Assembly (NCBI GenBank): GCA_963555825.3 | Contig: CAUVXB020000002.1 | Span: 2,784,001 to 2,848,000 of the forward strand | DNA: 64,000 bases | Source of the DNA: Alphaproteobacteria bacterium | GTDB taxonomy: Bacteria > Pseudomonadota > Alphaproteobacteria > JAAXGF01 | Direction of reading: 5' to 3' | Part shown: piece after piece, positions 36,083 through 46,592 of the stretch | How the letters are laid out: each line of letters begins with the position of its first letter | Position numbering within the stretch: position 1 is the stretch's first letter | Made by a program: the position numbers and the translations under genes | Notes under the pieces: model-generated | Told to the model about the DNA's origin: nothing | The model's input: only the letters and a program-made list of their open reading frames with translations | The model's database searches: none

Positions 36083-38134
36083 GATGAGTTCGTGGACCAG
36101 CGCGGCGGCGGTGATGAAGCCGACCGAGAGGCCCTTCTGGCAGGCCGCCAGGCCGAGACCGAGGGCGATGTGGGTCTTGCCGGTCCCACTGTTGCCGAGC
36201 GCGATGAGGTTCTCGCGGCGCTCGATGTACTCGCAGCGGGCCAGCTCCAGGACCAGCGCCTTGTTGAGCGAGGGGATGACCTTGAAGTCGAAGCTGTCGA
36301 GGCTCTTGACCACGGGGAAGCGCGCCGCCTTGATGCGCCGCTCGACCATGCGGCGCTCGCGGTCGATCAGCTCGAGCTCGGCGAGTCTCAACAGGTAGCG
36401 GACGTGATCGACGCCTTCCGAGGCGCACTGCCGGGCGATCTTGTCGTACTCGCGCAGGAAGGTCGGCAGCTTCAGCGTCTTGAGGTGGTGGGCGAGCAGC
36501 ACTTGCGGTGTGTCGGTCATGCGCCGAGCCCCGACAGCAGGCTCATGTACGACTTGGCGGACGTCATCGCGACCCGGGCGCGCGGCAGATACGGATAGAC
36601 GTCGAGGTTGAGCCTGGGCGGCCGCCGCTCGATGCGGCACAGTACCAGGTGCTTCACCGCATCAAAGCCGATTGCGCCGAGCCGCAGGGCGTCGCCGACC
36701 GCACCCTCGACCTCCTCGAGCCGGAAGGTCTCCAGTAGACGGAGCACCTGGACGTACTCGCGCTTGCCTGCCTTGCCCATACGAGCTTCGAGGAGCCGCC
36801 GCAGAGTGATGAAGGCCTCGGGCAGGTCCCAGCCCGCCAATGGCGCGGCCTGGTCGAGGGCGCCGATCTTCTGCTCGATCAAGGGCAGGTAATGCAGCGG
36901 GTCGAAGATCAGGTCCTCGCTGTCGTAGGACCGGCGGTGCCGGGCGATCACCTCGGCCCCGCAGCTGATCACCACCTCATCGACGTAGCCCCGGATGAGC
37001 ACCTCACGGTGGCCGTAGGCCACGGGCACGGAATAGTCGTTGCTGCGGTAACGCACCAGCGACAGCGAACTCGCCCGTCCAGGGCGCTTATCGCAGGCAT
37101 CATAGGGAGCAGGCGGCAATGGCAAGAGAACTTGACGATCCCGCTCGAGACGCTCGCCGATGGTCTCCTTGTGGCCCCGCAGCCGCGCCGCCTGGCGCCG
37201 GCGGCACTGTTCGGCGAGAGCATCGTTGAGGGCCGCGAAGCTCTCGGCACGCGGGACGGGGACCAGGAAGTTCCGCCGGATGAAGCCGACCAGTCCCTCG
37301 ACCTTGCCCTTGTCGTTGCCCTTGCCCGGCCGGCCGAACCTGTCCTCGAACAGATAGTGGGACTGAAGCTCCGTGAAGACGCGCGTTCGCTGCCGCTTCC
37401 CATCGCCCAGGATCCGGGCAACCGCCAGCTTGGTGTTGTCGTACAGGATGGATCGGGGGACGCCGCCGAAGAAGGCAAACGCCGCGTTGTGGCCATCGCA
37501 GAATGCTTCGGTCGTCTCCGCCGGATAGGCCGCAACAAAGCAACCATCACTGTGGGGAAGGTCGAAGGCAAGGAAGTGGATCTTCCGTAACGCGCCGCCG
37601 ATCACCGCCATCGCTTCGCCGAAGTCCGCCTGGGCGTGACCGGGGGAATGGGAGAGTGGCACGAACACCTCACGCGACCGAAGCCCCTGCTCACGAACGT
37701 AGTCCTTCACGATGGTGTAGCCGCCCGTGAAACCGTACTCGTCCCGGAGGCGGTCGAAGATGCGCTTCGCAGTGTGCCGTTGCTTGCGGTGGCTGGTCCG
37801 ATCGTCTTCCAAGATCCGATCGATGATTCCCGTGAACGGACCCAGCTTTGGCCGCCTCGGCGGCGCGCTTCGGCGATACCCTGGCGGCACCGAGAACGAC
37901 AGCATCTTACGGACCGTCTTGCGGTCTACACCAAACACCCGCGAGGCCTCGCGGGTGCTCATCCCCTCGACATGACACGCCCGCCGAACCCGTGCGTACA
38001 ACTCCACCCGATACATCCCCCCCGCCTTCCAGTCAGAGCAACCCTGACAGAAGGCTATACGCGGTCCCATTTTGGTCCGCCGCAGCCGGATCGACCGGCC
38101 GCTTCAGTGGGGGATTATTGCTCTGCCGTTCTCA
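36083..38134 (-). mobile_element. IS21 copy 2: intact istA (36517-38016), istB truncated, right end lost
   Basis: Matches copy 1 until 36083. Confidence 0.93.
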
Positions 38135-38142
38135 GGTGTTTC

Positions 38143-38175
38143 TTTCTTCACACACCGCTGCACTAAAGTGCGCTG
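38143..38175 (-). promoter_or_regulatory. candidate oriT
   Basis: Hairpin GCACT-TT-AGTGC followed by AGCGGTGTGTG, similar to MOBF nic regions (..GGTGT^G), about 190 bp upstream of the relaxase. Confidence 0.45.
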
Positions 38176-38359
38176 GGCCAAGGAGGCTGTTTCTGGAGAT
38201 CGGTCGATGAGGGATGTTCCGCTTGGCAAATCCCGGTAACGATCGGACGCTTATGAGGATTTTCGCTCCAGTAGTCATGGACGCCGTCCCGGCCCCGGGC
38301 CGGAAGGCGGCGCTTGGCTCCGTCGCCGCGGTCATTCCCCCTGCCTTGCGGAGCTCATC

Positions 38360-41300
38360 GTGGTAGCGACACTCGCCCAGGCGGCGTCTGCCGCGTACTA
38401 CCTGGAGAGCCAGCGCTCGTTCCGCCATCCCAACGAGTATTACACGGCGGGAGAAGAGCCGGACGGAGTGTGGTTCAACCCCAACGGCCTGTTTGGTCTT
38501 GTCGACGGCGGCAAGGTCGACAGCAGCGACTTCCACCGGCTGTATCACGGCTTCGCCCCGAACGGCGGAGGCAAGCTCACGCGGAATGCCGGCAGCGAGC
38601 GCCGTTCGGCCGGTCTCGACATGACCTTCAGCGCGGACAAGAGCGTCTCGGCCTTGTGGGCCATCGCCGATCCCGAGCTACGTTCAAAGATCGAGGACGC
38701 GCATAACGGTGCGGCTCGCGTAGCGCTGGAGGAAACAGTGCTGAGGCATTGCGCCTATACCCGTATCCGTAACCGGGACGGCGAGATCGAAGTGCTGCCG
38801 GCCGATATCGCGGCAGCGATGTTTCAGCACGGCACCAGCCGGGATAACGACCCCCAGCTGCATACCCACTGTGTGATCTTCAATGCCGCCCGGACACACC
38901 GGGACGGCAAGTACCGGGCGCTGCATCAACACCCGGTCTACACCTGGATGAAGGCAGCGGGAGCGGTCTATCGCAATGCGCTGTCCTGGCGCTTGCAGGA
39001 ACGCCTCGGCATCCGCATGGAACAGTATGGCAAGGATGGAGAGTTCACGCGCATCGCAGGCATACCCGAGGACCTGATCGGACACTGGTCGAAGCGCCGG
39101 GCGGCGATTATCGAAGCGGCCCGGGAGATGGGCTTTACGGTCGAGGGCAACGCGCCGCGGGCGGCGGCGGCGAACAAGATCACACGGGCCGGCAAGTCGT
39201 CGGACAATGATCCGGAGATTCGCCACCGGCGCTGGCGAGGCGAAGCGGAGGGGTATGTCGAGCGCGAAGTGCTGATTGCCTCGCTATTGGGCAAGTCGGA
39301 AGAGATTACCCAAGAGCAGATCCGGGCGCTGACGGAAGTCCTGGAAGACCTGCCGTACCGTCTTACACGCGAGGAAGCAGTATTCCGCCTGCCCGACATC
39401 GTCGAGCGGGTGGGCAACGCCACCGCGGGACTTCTGAACCACGACGCGGTGGCGACAAGTATCGAACGCGTGCTTCTAAGCCCGGAGGTGGTGCGCCTGA
39501 CCCGCCCGCCGCGTTCGGCCGAGGGCCGGGCCGATATGGCGCACACCAGGCTCTATTCCACCCGTCACAACCTGCATATGGAGCAGGAAGTCAGGAATAT
39601 GGCGGAAGGCATGGCCGCCGATACGGGCCATTCCTTGTCCCCCCAGGCTATCGGGGCAAAGGTGGCGGGGTTGCTGAAGGCGGGTTATCCGCTGAGCGAG
39701 GAACAGATCGCGGCGATCCGCTCGGTTACCTCATCCGAGGGCCGGGTCGCCATCATCGAAGGGGCGGCAGGCTCGGGCAAGACCACGACATTGCGGCCCA
39801 TCGCCGATCTCTACCGTGAACACGGACAGAGCATCATCGCCACCGCCGTGGCCTGGCGCACGGCGGTGGCGCTTGGCAACGACGTCGACGCGCGGCCGTT
39901 CTGTGTCGACAAGCTGCTGCGCCTTGCCGCGCGAGGCGGCATCGGGATTAACAAGGATACCACCATTATCGTTGACGAGGCGGGGATGCTGTCGACCCGC
40001 CAGGCGCATCATATTCTCCAGCTCTCCGAACGCCACGGAGCGAAGATCGTCTTCGCGGGCGACACGCAACAACAGCAACCCGTTGAGGCGGGACCGGGGC
40101 TGAGGCTGATCCGCGATGCCGTTGGCAGCGTCCGGGTGGACCGCATACGGCGCCAGAAAGCGGACCTGGAGGATATCCTGACCCATGTCCAGGGGGAGAC
40201 ACCCGAGAGGGCACGGCTCCTGGCGAGTTCGATGGCAGAGGAGAGGCGCACCAGAATTCTTACGTACTACGAGAGCATGAAGGGAAAACTTGTTTTTATG
40301 CCGTGGCAGGTCGCTGCTTCCGAGGCGCTGCGCGACGGCGATGCGGCGGCGGCCATTGCAGCGCATCACCTGCGTGGACGGTTCCATATCGGGTACGATG
40401 AAGAAAAGACGCTGACCAGCCTTGTCGACGACTGGGACCGCTACCAGCGGGCTAACCCCGGCAAATCCAGCGTGGTACTGGCGCGTACACGGTCTGAAGT
40501 GAGGGCACTGTCGCACCTGATGCGGGAACGCCGGTTCGCTTCGTTGCCGGATGGGGAACGGGCCGATATGGACCGGGCCCATGCGGACCGGGTGACGGTG
40601 ATCGTCAGCAGGGGCACGGAAGACCAACGGACGACTTCGCCACTCGAGATCGCACGCGGCGACCGGTTGCGCATCGGCGCCACGCACTGGGAGAAGCAGC
40701 TGTTCAACGGCACCGTGGTCACTGTCGAGGACTTCAAGATTGAGAGGGGTGAGGCCGCAACAGAGCCGAGTGTCCTGATATCGGCGCGCACCGAGGATGG
40801 GCGGGCCGTCTCGTTCCATCACGACGAAATTCGCGACTGGTACGGCAATATCCGTCTCGATCACGGCTATGCCCTCACTATTACCTCCGCCCAGGGGCTG
40901 ACCGTGGACCGGACGTTCCTGCTGGCCGACGCGAGGCCCTCGCGCGAGACGATTTATCCCGCCGCAACGCGCCATCGCGAGAGGCTCGACATCTACGTCA
41001 ACCGGGCGCCGCTCACCCTCGATATCGCCGACAGGCGAGTCGACAGGCGAGCCGACAACGACCGGGAAGTTGCGGTGACGGACACCGAGATCCGGGCGTA
41101 TCTGGCCGAACGATGGTCGCGCTCGCAGCCCAAGGAGGCGGCGCTCGACAATATGGCCGACGGCATATGGGAAGACCGCCGGGAGGATGTCCGGGAGGAC
41201 AGAAGCCGCTCCCCTGGCGAAGCCCAGGGCGAGGCGGGTGATATCCGCGCAGCTGCGAACGACAACGCGCTGGCTCGCATCGCGCGGGATGTCCGGCGCA

Positions 41301-43849
41301 CTGCCTTCGGCTGGCGTCACGCCCAGACGGTGAGCACTTTCGTCGATGGCCGAAGAGAGGTTCTCGCGGAATATGACGATCTCCGCGAAAGGACCCGCAT
41401 TGAAGGCGATGCCGTGGCGCTCAGCGGAGCCTACCGCGAGACGCTCACCCGCCATGCCGTGTTGCAGAAACAGGCAGCGGCCTTTCGCGCCCGGCCGGAC
41501 GACTTCGCGTCCCTGCTGGCCGAGCGCGGCGGCATTGCCCGCAAGGACCTCGACGCCTTCGAGGAACTCCACGCTCGCGCGCGACGCCACCAGCGAGCGG
41601 CCACGATGCGGCACGTGCATCGGATAAAGAAGGAAGCGGAACAGGAGGCACAACAACCGAAACCCGAATTGCGGCAAGGGGAGCTGGCGCTGGAGGGCGG
41701 CCGCGCCGAAGCGCCCATGCGCGCCGATACGGTGACGCGGGACACGGCCGGGATGCTGTCTTCGGATCGTGACGCAACACCGGCCCGGCACGTTGACACC
41801 GTCCCGCCGGTCGAAGCCGAAGATTACCCCTGGGCACATGCCGCGGCCGCGCAGGAGGATGTGCCGCCGCCCAGGCTGGACCAGGATCCCCCCAAGCCGG
41901 ACTGGCATGCGCCTTACGAAGCATTGTGGCGGGACTGGAGCGAACTGATCGAACGCGTCCGGCAAGCCGGGGAGCCGTTATTCTACGCCAAGGGCTACAT
42001 GGACATGATCCCACGTATTCAGGCGCTGGCGGAGAACCCGGATATCGCGGCCGAGACACGGGCGCCGATGATTGAGGCATTCGAAAAATACCAACGGGAT
42101 CTCTCGGCGCGCCAATACGTCGAGGACTATCTTGACGCCGCCGAACGGCACATGGACACGCATGCTTCCCTCCAGCGCGTCGCCGATGGCCTCGGCGTTC
42201 GGATCGTTGAGGTATCGGATCACCTGGGCTGGAGGCAGGAAGCGGACCGTCTGACGGAAGCGGCCGAGGCCATCCTCGCGGACGGCGAGACGTATGGCGT
42301 CCATCTCGACAATATGGAAACCGGCAGGGTGCGCGTGGAACGGGAGCTATCACGGCGGAGCCACGTCATCCGGGACGACGGCGAATATGCCTCTCAACGT
42401 AAGACATCGGAACCGCACAGCGAACCTGCGGATACACGGGAGAAAGTCGAACAACCGGAGCCCGCGAAGCCGGCCTGGATGCCAGCTTACGAAGCCTTGC
42501 GGCAGGACTGGAACAGCCTCATCGAAGGCGCCCGGCAAGCCGGTATGCCGTCATTCTACGCCAAGGGCTACATCGACATCATCCCGCGCATCCGGGAATT
42601 GACGGAGAACCCGGATATCCCAGCCAAGTCACGGGCGCCCTTGATCCGGGTCCTTGAGAATCACCAGCGCTATCTCTCGACCCGCAAACATATCCTGGAC
42701 TATCCGGGCGAAGTGGAACGGCACATGGATGCCCGGGCCTCTCTTCAAGACGTTGCGGGTGATCAGGAAATCGAGGTGACCGGGGTTCTGGCCTACCCGG
42801 ACTGGCGGCAGGAGGCCGAGCGCCTGACGGCGGCGTGCGAGGCCATCCTCTCCGGCAAGAGAACCTATGGCGCCCATCTTGACAGGATCGTGGATGCCAA
42901 GATGCACATGATAAGAGCGCTCTCGGAGCTTCGCGAGGCGACCCGGGATGATGACAAGGAACTGGCCGAACGGGCTGCCCGAGAGCTCCGACGCCAGCGA
43001 TTCCTCCACATGGCCGGTCCCCGGTTCGCATCGGATGACGGCGCCGCGCCGGACCCGGCGCGGGCCATGTCTAGCGGCGCCGCGCCTGTGCGGGCGGCGC
43101 TCTCCCGCTTCGGCCGCACCATTGGCCATCTCGTCGGCGGGCAGGACTACCACGATCGGCTGCGGACCGCGACCTTCGCGCGGGAGGCTCTGGAGCGATC
43201 GGAGGAACTGAAGCGGGACTGGAACCGCCAGGTGGATCGCGCCGCGGAGGAGGGCGTCCATGTCATCTACACGGATGGCTACGACCGTCTGCACAAGGAG
43301 CTCGACACCATCGCCGGAGACATGCTTCTGGATCGTGGCGTAAAATCGGAGATAAGCGCCGTGCTCGCTCAGCTCGGCAAGGCAATGTCAAACCGCAACT
43401 ATTTCGACAACTGGCCCAAGCTCATGGCGGGTCAGATGGACCGCCGCGAAGCGCTGGCGGCCAAGGCGGCCGAGCGGGGCGTGGCGGTTCCCGACCATGA
43501 GGACTACGACACATGGCGGAACGTGACCGACTTTGCGGTGGGCCGTTGCGAAGGACTCATGGACGACCCGGTGAATTACGGCATCCACCTAGATTACATC
43601 GCACTCCGAGAAGAGAGCCTCGGCTCAGCGCTCACGCGGGTGCGCGACGTGCTTGAAGACGACGACCGGCACCTCGCGGCAACCCTGGCAGGACAACGCG
43701 CGGGTGAGAGCCTCCAGATGCGCGAGGAGCGCGTCGCCCGCCTCCTCGACGATCCGGAGAAGCTCCGGGAGTTGCGGCAACAGCGCGCCGAGCGCAAGGC
43801 CGAAAGGCAGCAGCAGAGCAAGGGCCGGTATTGGAGCATGCGAATCTAG
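38360..43849 (+). CDS. MOBF (TrwC/TraI-like) relaxase-helicase with long repetitive C-terminus
   Basis: YY..YY, DMTFSADKSVS, HGTSR..DPQLHTH (HUH), GAAGSGKTT, VDEAGM, GYALTITSAQGLT. Confidence 0.93.
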   Translation: MVATLAQAASAAYYLESQRSFRHPNEYYTAGEEPDGVWFNPNGLFGLVDGGKVDSSDFHRLYHGFAPNGGGKLTRNAGSERRSAGLDMTFSADKSVSALWAIADPELRSKIEDAHNGAARVALEETVLRHCAYTRIRNRDGEIEVLPADIAAAMFQHGTSRDNDPQLHTHCVIFNAARTHRDGKYRALHQHPVYTWMKAAGAVYRNALSWRLQERLGIRMEQYGKDGEFTRIAGIPEDLIGHWSKRRAAIIEAAREMGFTVEGNAPRAAAANKITRAGKSSDNDPEIRHRRWRGEAEGYVEREVLIASLLGKSEEITQEQIRALTEVLEDLPYRLTREEAVFRLPDIVERVGNATAGLLNHDAVATSIERVLLSPEVVRLTRPPRSAEGRADMAHTRLYSTRHNLHMEQEVRNMAEGMAADTGHSLSPQAIGAKVAGLLKAGYPLSEEQIAAIRSVTSSEGRVAIIEGAAGSGKTTTLRPIADLYREHGQSIIATAVAWRTAVALGNDVDARPFCVDKLLRLAARGGIGINKDTTIIVDEAGMLSTRQAHHILQLSERHGAKIVFAGDTQQQQPVEAGPGLRLIRDAVGSVRVDRIRRQKADLEDILTHVQGETPERARLLASSMAEERRTRILTYYESMKGKLVFMPWQVAASEALRDGDAAAAIAAHHLRGRFHIGYDEEKTLTSLVDDWDRYQRANPGKSSVVLARTRSEVRALSHLMRERRFASLPDGERADMDRAHADRVTVIVSRGTEDQRTTSPLEIARGDRLRIGATHWEKQLFNGTVVTVEDFKIERGEAATEPSVLISARTEDGRAVSFHHDEIRDWYGNIRLDHGYALTITSAQGLTVDRTFLLADARPSRETIYPAATRHRERLDIYVNRAPLTLDIADRRVDRRADNDREVAVTDTEIRAYLAERWSRSQPKEAALDNMADGIWEDRREDVREDRSRSPGEAQGEAGDIRAAANDNALARIARDVRRTAFGWRHAQTVSTFVDGRREVLAEYDDLRERTRIEGDAVALSGAYRETLTRHAVLQKQAAAFRARPDDFASLLAERGGIARKDLDAFEELHARARRHQRAATMRHVHRIKKEAEQEAQQPKPELRQGELALEGGRAEAPMRADTVTRDTAGMLSSDRDATPARHVDTVPPVEAEDYPWAHAAAAQEDVPPPRLDQDPPKPDWHAPYEALWRDWSELIERVRQAGEPLFYAKGYMDMIPRIQALAENPDIAAETRAPMIEAFEKYQRDLSARQYVEDYLDAAERHMDTHASLQRVADGLGVRIVEVSDHLGWRQEADRLTEAAEAILADGETYGVHLDNMETGRVRVERELSRRSHVIRDDGEYASQRKTSEPHSEPADTREKVEQPEPAKPAWMPAYEALRQDWNSLIEGARQAGMPSFYAKGYIDIIPRIRELTENPDIPAKSRAPLIRVLENHQRYLSTRKHILDYPGEVERHMDARASLQDVAGDQEIEVTGVLAYPDWRQEAERLTAACEAILSGKRTYGAHLDRIVDAKMHMIRALSELREATRDDDKELAERAARELRRQRFLHMAGPRFASDDGAAPDPARAMSSGAAPVRAALSRFGRTIGHLVGGQDYHDRLRTATFAREALERSEELKRDWNRQVDRAAEEGVHVIYTDGYDRLHKELDTIAGDMLLDRGVKSEISAVLAQLGKAMSNRNYFDNWPKLMAGQMDRREALAAKAAERGVAVPDHEDYDTWRNVTDFAVGRCEGLMDDPVNYGIHLDYIALREESLGSALTRVRDVLEDDDRHLAATLAGQRAGESLQMREERVARLLDDPEKLRELRQQRAERKAERQQQSKGRYWSMRI

Positions 43850-44189
43850 TCCGGCCTGGTCGCGCTGGCGACGAGATCGCGATTGCGTCGTTCATCGGAC
43901 GAAGGGAGTCCCCGACACGACAAGACCAAGGTGCGTCGGGTGTGAGAACCAACCGCCGAAGGGCGTCCCCATCCCGCTTCCTGACCGGTCAAGTGCTCGT
44001 GCATTGAAAGCCGTTGTGCAACCGGCATTTAGCCCGAGCGGCGCTTGAGCGGCAGCGCCCGCCGCGCCACCTGTGGAAACAGTCCCCGAACCGCCGCGCG
44101 GCTTCCGAGCGGCACTAAAGATCCTATGGGGCGAAATGGAGACCGGCGCTACGGTGCCGTTCTTGTGAACCCTCATCAGGAGATAGAAA

Positions 44190-45380
44190 ATGCCAGCAAG
44201 AAACAAAATCACCGCCGTACCGACCGACGTAGAACATAGAACGCTGTAAGTCGCGATCGAGATCAGCCGGAAGAGCTGGGTGGTTGGGCTCAAGAGCCCG
44301 GCGGGTGAGCGTATCGGCCTTCACCCGCTTGGCGCCGCAGATGTCGAGGGCCTCAAGACTCTAATTGAGCATCACCGGGCCAAGGCCAAACGGGCACTCG
44401 GCCGTGAGATGCGTGTTCTGTGCTGCTACGAGGCCGGGTACGAGGGGTTCTGGCTGACGCGTTGGCTGGACCAGGCCATGTCTGTCGAGATGATCGTGTT
44501 GGATCCTGCGAGCCTCCTGGTGAACCGGAAGGCAAAGCAGCGGAAGACGGACCGGATCGACGCGAAGAAGATGGTCCGTGCATTGCTGGCACACGACCGG
44601 GGCGACGCTGCCGTGTTGAGCCGGGTGCGGGTGCCAAGTGTGGACGAGGAGGACCGCAAGCGCCTGCTTCGGGAGCGCCAGCGGCTGGTGAAGGAGCGGA
44701 CATCGCTGACGAACTCGATCAAGGCGCTCCTGAAGCTGCATGGCCTCTTCGACTTGGAGCCTCGCTCCAAAGGGTTCGGGGCGAAGTTCGCCGAAGTGAA
44801 GACCGCATATGGATCGTCATTCCCGCCGCGAGCCCGGCAGGAGATCCTGCGGCTTGCGGAGCGCTTGGCACTGGTGGAGCGGCAGATCGCGCAGGTCGAG
44901 GCCGAGCGCAACGCAGTTGCCCGCCAAGGCGCGGAGCTTTCGCCGATGGAGGTGTCCGAGAATAGCGAAGCGCAGGCGGCGGTAAAGATTGCGACGCTGA
45001 CCCGGTTGAAGGGGATCGGCGCGAACGACGCAACCCTGCTGACCCATGAAATCTTCTGCCGCGGGTTCCGCAACCGCCGGGAGCTCGCGAGCTGGGTCGG
45101 CATGACGCCAACCCCCTGGGCGAGCGGTGTCATGGAACGCGATCAGGGGATCGGCCGCGACGGTCCCGCCTGGATCCGGGCCCAGCTCATTCAAATGGCA
45201 TGGCGCTGGTTGCGCCATCAGCCCGAAAGTGCGCTTTGCAAGTGGTTTGAAGAGCGTACTGCAGGAGCCCGGGGACGGATCCGCCGGGTGATGATCGTGG
45301 CGCTCGCCCGCAAACTTCTCATCGCCCTCTGGCGCTTCTGTGAGACCGGTCTCGTGCCAACGGGTGCACGCTGCGCCTGA
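44190..45380 (+). pseudogene. IS110-family recombinase with nonsense codon at 44247-44249
   Basis: AGGAG RBS, ATG 44190 MPARNK..RTL*VAIEISRKSW; CYEAG, KTDRIDA, GIG, PWASG, VALARKL. Confidence 0.9.
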
Positions 45381-45680
45381 TCGATACGGGATCTACTAAT
45401 CCAGTCCGGCTGGATGTGGCCGAGGCTGGGCCGGGTGGATGTGTGACCGTGTGCTTCCTTGGCTGAAAGATGCCGCACTATAGAGGGGTCCCATCCTCCG
45501 GAACGCCACGCCCGCAGCAAGCGGGATCAGGGTTAGGACCCGGCTCCAAGTCGGGTGACAACCGGATACAAGGTGGGTTCGGTGTTGATCGCCGGCCGAT
45601 GTGGAGAAGCGTTCCGCGCCTGGAACATTGAACAAAGAAAGGAGTGATCGTGACAATGCATGAACCGTAGAAAACCACCC
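45381..45680 (+). ncRNA. bridge/seek RNA of IS110 element 1
   Basis: Scaffold shared with element 2; guide GCACTATAG (45475-45483) matches its left flank GCACTAAAG (44112-44120) at 8 of 9. Confidence 0.8.
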
Positions 45681-45930
45681 TTGACTTGGAATAACCGTTC
45701 GGCCAAGCCGTGGCTGCCCGGATGCGCGGAGACAGCGAATGGCCGCTGTGGCAGGAAACCGTGCGGCTCGACACTCGGACCTCACCCGCTGGTCGGACGC
45801 CTCCACAGCGTGACAGAAGGGATACGGCCCGGTAATCCTTCCGACACGCCGTGACCGCCGCTCTGCCTCGAATCAGCGCGGACAGGCGCGCGCCGCATTC
45901 CGGCGCGTTTGTCGGTTGCCCCTCCGCCCC

Positions 45931-46428
45931 TTACTCGATCATGGAGAAAATGATCGCCGGTACCAACGGCTCGCCGGCCGGCTGAATCGCCTCGATGCAC
46001 ATATTGGCGTCGGGGTTGCTGGCCGACATCATCACTTCCAGCACGTCGCCCGCCTCCATGGGAACGATACCCTGCGAAATGATGACGTCCTTCGCCATGC
46101 TGCCTTCGTCCTGGCAGAGCTGCACGTTGGAGTTGGCGACATCCGTGCCGTTGACCCGCAGCCACAGGTCGAAGCAGCCGTAGGGCCCCCCGCCCTCGCG
46201 CCCGACTTGCGGCGCGGCGACGATCAGATAGGGCCCGGCCTCGCCGACGGTCACCTTGTTGTTCGCCAGCGTGATGCCGTTGGCGGCATCGACGATGTCC
46301 ATCTCCACCAGCTTGGGCGCCTTGCCCGGGCACTGGGTAACCGAAGAGGAGGCCTGCAAGTACTGGCCGGCGTGCGCAACGCTCACCGACGCGCCAAGAG
46401 CCGCCAATGTCATGACGAGTTTCTTCAT
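45931..46428 (-). CDS. secreted beta-rich protein, C1q/TNF/BclA-CTD-like
   Basis: Signal peptide MKKL..AHA; pattern VTVGEAGPYLI..Q..WLRVNG..GIVPMEAGDVLEV. Confidence 0.65.
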   Translation of the reverse strand: MKKLVMTLAALGASVSVAHAGQYLQASSSVTQCPGKAPKLVEMDIVDAANGITLANNKVTVGEAGPYLIVAAPQVGREGGGPYGCFDLWLRVNGTDVANSNVQLCQDEGSMAKDVIISQGIVPMEAGDVLEVMMSASNPDANMCIEAIQPAGEPLVPAIIFSMIE

Positions 46429-46510
46429 GAGTTCTCTACCTCGCTGTTTTGCCATTGCCGATACGATTCACCCGGTCCGGCCCGCCCGCGCCTTGGCAGG
46501 GATTGTGCCT

Positions 46511-46581
46511 GAGATTTCCCATTATGGACACCTTATCGGCGAGTTGATTATAACTCGGAACCGCTCGCATTGCAACTGGCT
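46511..46581 (-). repeat. ~70-bp repeat, copy 2
   Basis: Inverted copy of 7464-7533; ATTTCCCATTA-TGGACACC-TTATCGGCGAG at 46514-46543. Confidence 0.75.
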
Positions 46582-46592
46582 TGCGTCCTGCG

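Larger units (their letters stand above)
44121..45687 (+). mobile_element. IS110/IS1111-group element 1, right tip deleted
   Basis: Left junction GCACTA-AAG-ATCCTATGGGGC parallels element 2; right end stops just after CCACCCTTGACT. Confidence 0.85.
43931..45860 (+). ncRNA. probable 5' (domain I) remnant of a group II intron, interrupted by IS110
   Basis: GTGCG start; non-coding; segments GCATTGAA..CGGCATTTAGCC..AGCGGCAG..ACCTGTGGAAAC recalled from class B-like introns (unverified); no domain V or RT follows. Confidence 0.4.

Noticed and set aside
32312-38134. Inverted IS21 copies as a composite transposon carrying the TA remnant
   Set aside because: Both outer ends are left ends, there is no flanking duplication, and copy 2 is truncated.
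38160-38173. GCACTAAAG also occurs in the oriT candidate, a possible second target for IS110 element 1
   Set aside because: The right half is TGCGC, not the GAAGC/GAAT predicted by the guide; probably coincidence.
39731-41965. 744-aa minus-strand ORF and similar long antisense ORFs (e.g. 20684-22114, 59422-60921)
   Set aside because: Shadows of real genes on the opposite strand in high-GC DNA; no motifs.
43931-44120. Cobalamin or other riboswitch
   Set aside because: No B12-box or other aptamer consensus and no co-oriented metabolic gene downstream.
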